This document shows, piece after piece, positions 62,183-64,000 of a DNA stretch of 64,000 bases. The notes beneath the pieces are model-generated. The model searched no databases. It saw only the letters and a program-made list of their open reading frames with translations, and was not told the DNA's origin. The position numbers were made by a program, and so were the translations under genes. Positions within the stretch are counted from its first letter, which is position 1, and the number at the start of each line of letters is the position of its first letter. Location: the NCBI RefSeq assembly GCF_044704955.1, contig NC_091994.1, positions 88,288,001 through 88,352,000 on the forward strand, given 5' to 3'. Origin of the DNA: Pristiophorus japonicus. Lineage: Eukaryota.

Positions 62183-64000
62183 ACATAGAAACATAGAAAA
62201 TAGGTGCAGGAGTAGGCCATTCGGCCCTTCTAGCCTGCACCACCATTCAATGAGTTCATGGCTGAACATGTAACTTCAGTACCCCATTCCTGCTTTCTTG
62301 CCATACCCCTTGATCCCCCTAGTAGTAAGGACTACATCTAACTCCTTTTTGAATATATTTAGTGAATTGGCCTCAACAACTTTCTGTGGTAGAGAATTCC
62401 ACAGGTTCACCACTCTCTGGGTGAAGAAGTTTCTCCTCATCTCGGTCCTAAATGGCTTACCCCTTATCCTTAGACTGTGACCCCTGGTTCTGGACTTCCC
62501 CAACATTGGGAACATTCTTCCTGCATCTAACCTGTCTAAACCCATCAGAATTTTAAACGTTTCTATAAGGTCCCCTCTCATTCTTCTGAACTCCAGTGAA
62601 TATAAGCCCAGTTGATTTAGTCTTTCTTGAAAGGTCAGTCCCGCCATCCCGGGAATCAGTCTGGTGAACCTTCGCTGCACTCCCTCAATAGCAAGAATGT
62701 CCTTCCTCAGGTTAGGAGACCAAAACTGTACACAATACTCCAGGTGTGGCCTCACCAAGGCCCTGTACAACTGTAGCAACACCTCCCTGCCCCTGTACTC
62801 AAATCCCCTCGCTATGAAGGCCAACATGCCATTTGCTTTCTTAACCGCCTGCTGTACCTGCATGCCAACCTTCAATGACTGATGTACCATGACACCCAGG
62901 TCTCGTTGCACCTCCCCTTTTCCTAATCTGTCACCATTCAGATAATAGTCTGTCTCTCTGTTTTTACCACCAAAGTGGACAACCTCACATTTATCCACAT
63001 TATACTTCATCTGCCATGCATTTGCCCACTCACCTAACCTATCCAAGTCGCTCTGCAGCCTCATAGCATCCTCCTCGCAGCTCACACTGCCACCTAACTT
63101 AGTGTCATCCGCAATTTGGAGATACTACATTTAATCCCCTCGTCTAAATCATTAATATACAGTGTAAACAGCTGGGGCCCCAGCACAGAACCTTGCGGTA
63201 CCCCACTACTCACCGCCTGCCATTCTGGAAAGTACCCATTTACTCCTACTCTTTGCTTCCTGTCTGACAACCATTTCTCAATCCATGTCAGCACACTACC
63301 CCCAATCCCATGTGCTTTAACTTTGCACATTAATCTCTTGTGTGGAACCTTGTCGAAAGCCTTCTGAAAGTCCAAATATACCACATCAAATGGTTCTCCC
63401 TTGTCCACTCTACTGGAAACATCCTCAAAAAATTCCAGAAGATTTATCAAGCAAGATTTCCCTTTCACAAATCCATGCTGACTTGGACCTATCATGTCAC
63501 CTCTTTCCAAATGCGCTGCTATGACATCCTTAATAATTGATTCCATCATCTTACCCACTACCGATGTCAGGCTGACCGGTCTATAATTCCCTGCTTTCTC
63601 TCTCCCTCCTTTTTTAAAAAGTGGGGTTACATTGGCTACCCTCCACTCGATAGGAACTGATCCAGAGTCAATGGAATGTTGAAAAATGACTCTCAATGCA
63701 TCCGCTATTTCCAAGGCCACCTCCTTAAGTACTCTGGGATGCAGTCAATCAGGCCCTGGAGATTTATCGGCCTTCAATCCCATCAATTTCCCCAACACAA
63801 TTTCCCGACTAATAAGGATTTCCCTCAGTTCCTTCTCCTTACTAGACCCTCTGACCCTTCTTATATCCGGAATATTGTTAGTGTCCTCCTTAGTGAATAC
63901 CGAAACAAAGTACTTGTTCAATTGGTCCGCCATTTCTTTGTTCCCCGTTATGACTTCCCCTGATTCTGACTGACATTTGTCTTTACTAACCTTTTTCTCT
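62183..64000 (-). mobile_element. CR1 LINE (RT and 3' end), continues beyond the window
   Basis: Nearly identical to 34785-36610; ACATAGAA tail. Confidence 0.95.

Overview
Vertebrate genomic DNA, most likely a cartilaginous fish (shark-type SINE, CR1, L2, RTE, Tx1 and Gypsy families); it is not prokaryotic. Most of the window is nested transposable elements. The only host gene seen is SLC25A34 on the minus strand: four intact coding exons (43633-43568, 31863-31711, 28477-28343, 26301-26119), with exon 1 not found and probably lying beyond 64000. Highlights: (1) a 1.59-kb hAT-type element (13-bp TIRs, perfect 8-bp TSD) whose interior is a captured 5' piece of SNX18, i.e. a Pack-hAT; (2) a second hAT-type element ending 51 bp away that carries a GC-rich, signal-peptide-like first exon; (3) an apparently full-length Tx1 LINE with a twin-priming 5' inversion and an 18-bp TSD; (4) an 8.9-kb Gypsy+CR1 block inserted 8 nt from an SLC25A34 splice donor; (5) CTCF-like motifs in every Gypsy LTR family. 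Family names come from recalled motifs, not database searches. Boundaries of degraded repeats are approximate.
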